Source: Chiloscyllium plagiosum (lineage: Eukaryota). Taken from it: a stretch of DNA of 20,000 nt. Shown here in pieces: positions 18,684-20,000 of the stretch (the first letter of the stretch is position 1; each line of letters begins with the position of its first letter). The notes beneath the pieces are model-generated. The model searched no databases. It saw nothing but the letters and a program-made list of their open reading frames with translations, and was not told the DNA's origin. The DNA is taken from assembly GCF_004010195.1 (NCBI RefSeq), contig NC_057718.1:16314339-16334338 (forward strand), written 5' to 3'. Made by a program: the position numbers and the translations under genes.

Positions 18684-20000
18684 GTGGCCGAAAACGGGAC
18701 TCCTGGATGGTATGTTGCCTCCCAGGTGCTCGGATCAGGGATGTCACTGATCGGCTGCAGAGCATTCTAAAAGGGGAGGGTGAACAGCCAGTTGTCTTGG
18801 TGCATATAGACACCAACGATATAAGTAGAAAACGAAATGAGGTCCTGAAAGAAGAATTCAGGGAGCTAGGAGAGAAGTTAAAGAGAAGGATCTCAAAGGT
18901 AGTGATCTCGGGATTACTACCAGTGCCATGTCCTAGCCAGCGTAGAAATGAAAAAATAGGCAGGATGAACACGTGGCTTCAGAGATGGTGTTGGAGGGAG
19001 GGGTTCATTGTTGGACATTGGGACCGGTTCTGGGGAAAGTGGGACTATTACAAAATGGACAGTCTACATCTGATCCAGACTGGAACCAATGTTCTTGGGG
19101 GAGTTTTTGCTACTGCTATTGGGAAGGTTTTAAACTAATGTGGCAGGGGGCTGGGAACCAGAAGAGAAAACAAGTAAGCAGTGAGGTGGAGACTGGAGAC
19201 TGTAAGAATTATGAAGATACCATTAATAAAGGGAAGAGTAGGCAGAGAGATGATGAGTGCAAAAAAACTGGTGGCATGAAATGCATCTATTTTAATGCAA
19301 GGAGTATAGTGTGTAAGGCAGATGAACTTAGGGCTTGGATTGATGACTGGGAGTATGATGTTATTGCAATCTCAGAGACTTGGTTGAAGGAAGGGCATGA
19401 TGATTGGCAATTAAATGTTCCAGGATATAGACGCTTCAGACAGAACAGGGAGGGAAGTGAAAGGGGAGGTGGAGTTGCATTGCTGGTCAAGGACATTATC
19501 ACGGCTGTGTTAAAGGAGCACACTATGGAGGTCTTGGGTAGTGAGGCATTATGGATGGAGTTGAGAAATAAGAAGGGTGCAGTTACATTGTTGGGGCTGT
19601 ATTACAGGCCGCCCAACAGTGAGCATGAGGTAGAAGAACAAATAGGTAAACAGATTATGGAAAGATATAGAAACAATCGGGTAGTGGTGATGGGAGATTT
19701 TAATTTTCCCAACATTGACTGGGATACACTTAATGTCAGAGGTCTGGATGGGGTAGAATTTGTAAGAAGCGTCCAAGAGAATTTTCTAGAGCAGTATGTC
19801 AATAGTCCCAACGAGGGAAGGGGCCATATTGGACCTGGTACTGGGGAACGAGCCAGAATAGGTGGTAGAAGTTGCGGTGGGGGATTTCTTTGGGAGCAGT
19901 GACCACAATTCTGTAAGTTTTAGAATACTTGTAGATAAAGAAGAGAATGGTCCTAAGGGAAGATTACTAAACTGGGCCAAGGCCAATTATATCAAAATTA
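18684..20000 (+). mobile_element. CR1-type LINE (ORF1 esterase and ORF2 APE endonuclease), running off the window end
   Basis: ORF 18707-19138: CCLPGARIRDV...VHIDTNDI...DSLHL. ORF2 frame: CIYFNARS...DVIAISETWL...GGGVALLV...GLYYRPPN...VVMGDFNFP, with a frameshift near 19810 before LDLVLG and SDHN. Confidence 0.95.

Overview
Eukaryotic, AT-rich, repeat-dense DNA. The repeat set (CR1-type LINEs with shark-style tails, an HE1/V-type tRNA SINE, Penelope-like tails) points to a cartilaginous fish, probably a shark; this is inferred, not searched. The only host coding sequence I can support is one 148-bp internal exon of an AKT kinase, most like AKT3 (14890-15037, + strand, end of the PH domain plus linker), so the rest of the window is probably its flanking introns. 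Those introns hold nested transposon relics: a Penelope-like element interrupted by a Mutator-like (MULE) DNA transposon with a perfect 9-bp TSD, whose left TIR is interrupted by a CR1; several other CR1 copies; Tx1-like and RTE fragments; two copies of an LTR-like repeat; two Tigger-like elements; and Penelope tails with hammerhead-ribozyme cores. There is a 249-N gap at 10502-10750. The most interesting signal is a U_UUA_AAC slippery heptamer immediately before the ORF1 stop in independent CR1 copies, with ORF2 in the -1 frame, a G-rich tract downstream and, in one copy, no in-frame ATG before the endonuclease: a candidate programmed -1 frameshift. All family assignments come from motif recognition and recalled sequences, not database searches.
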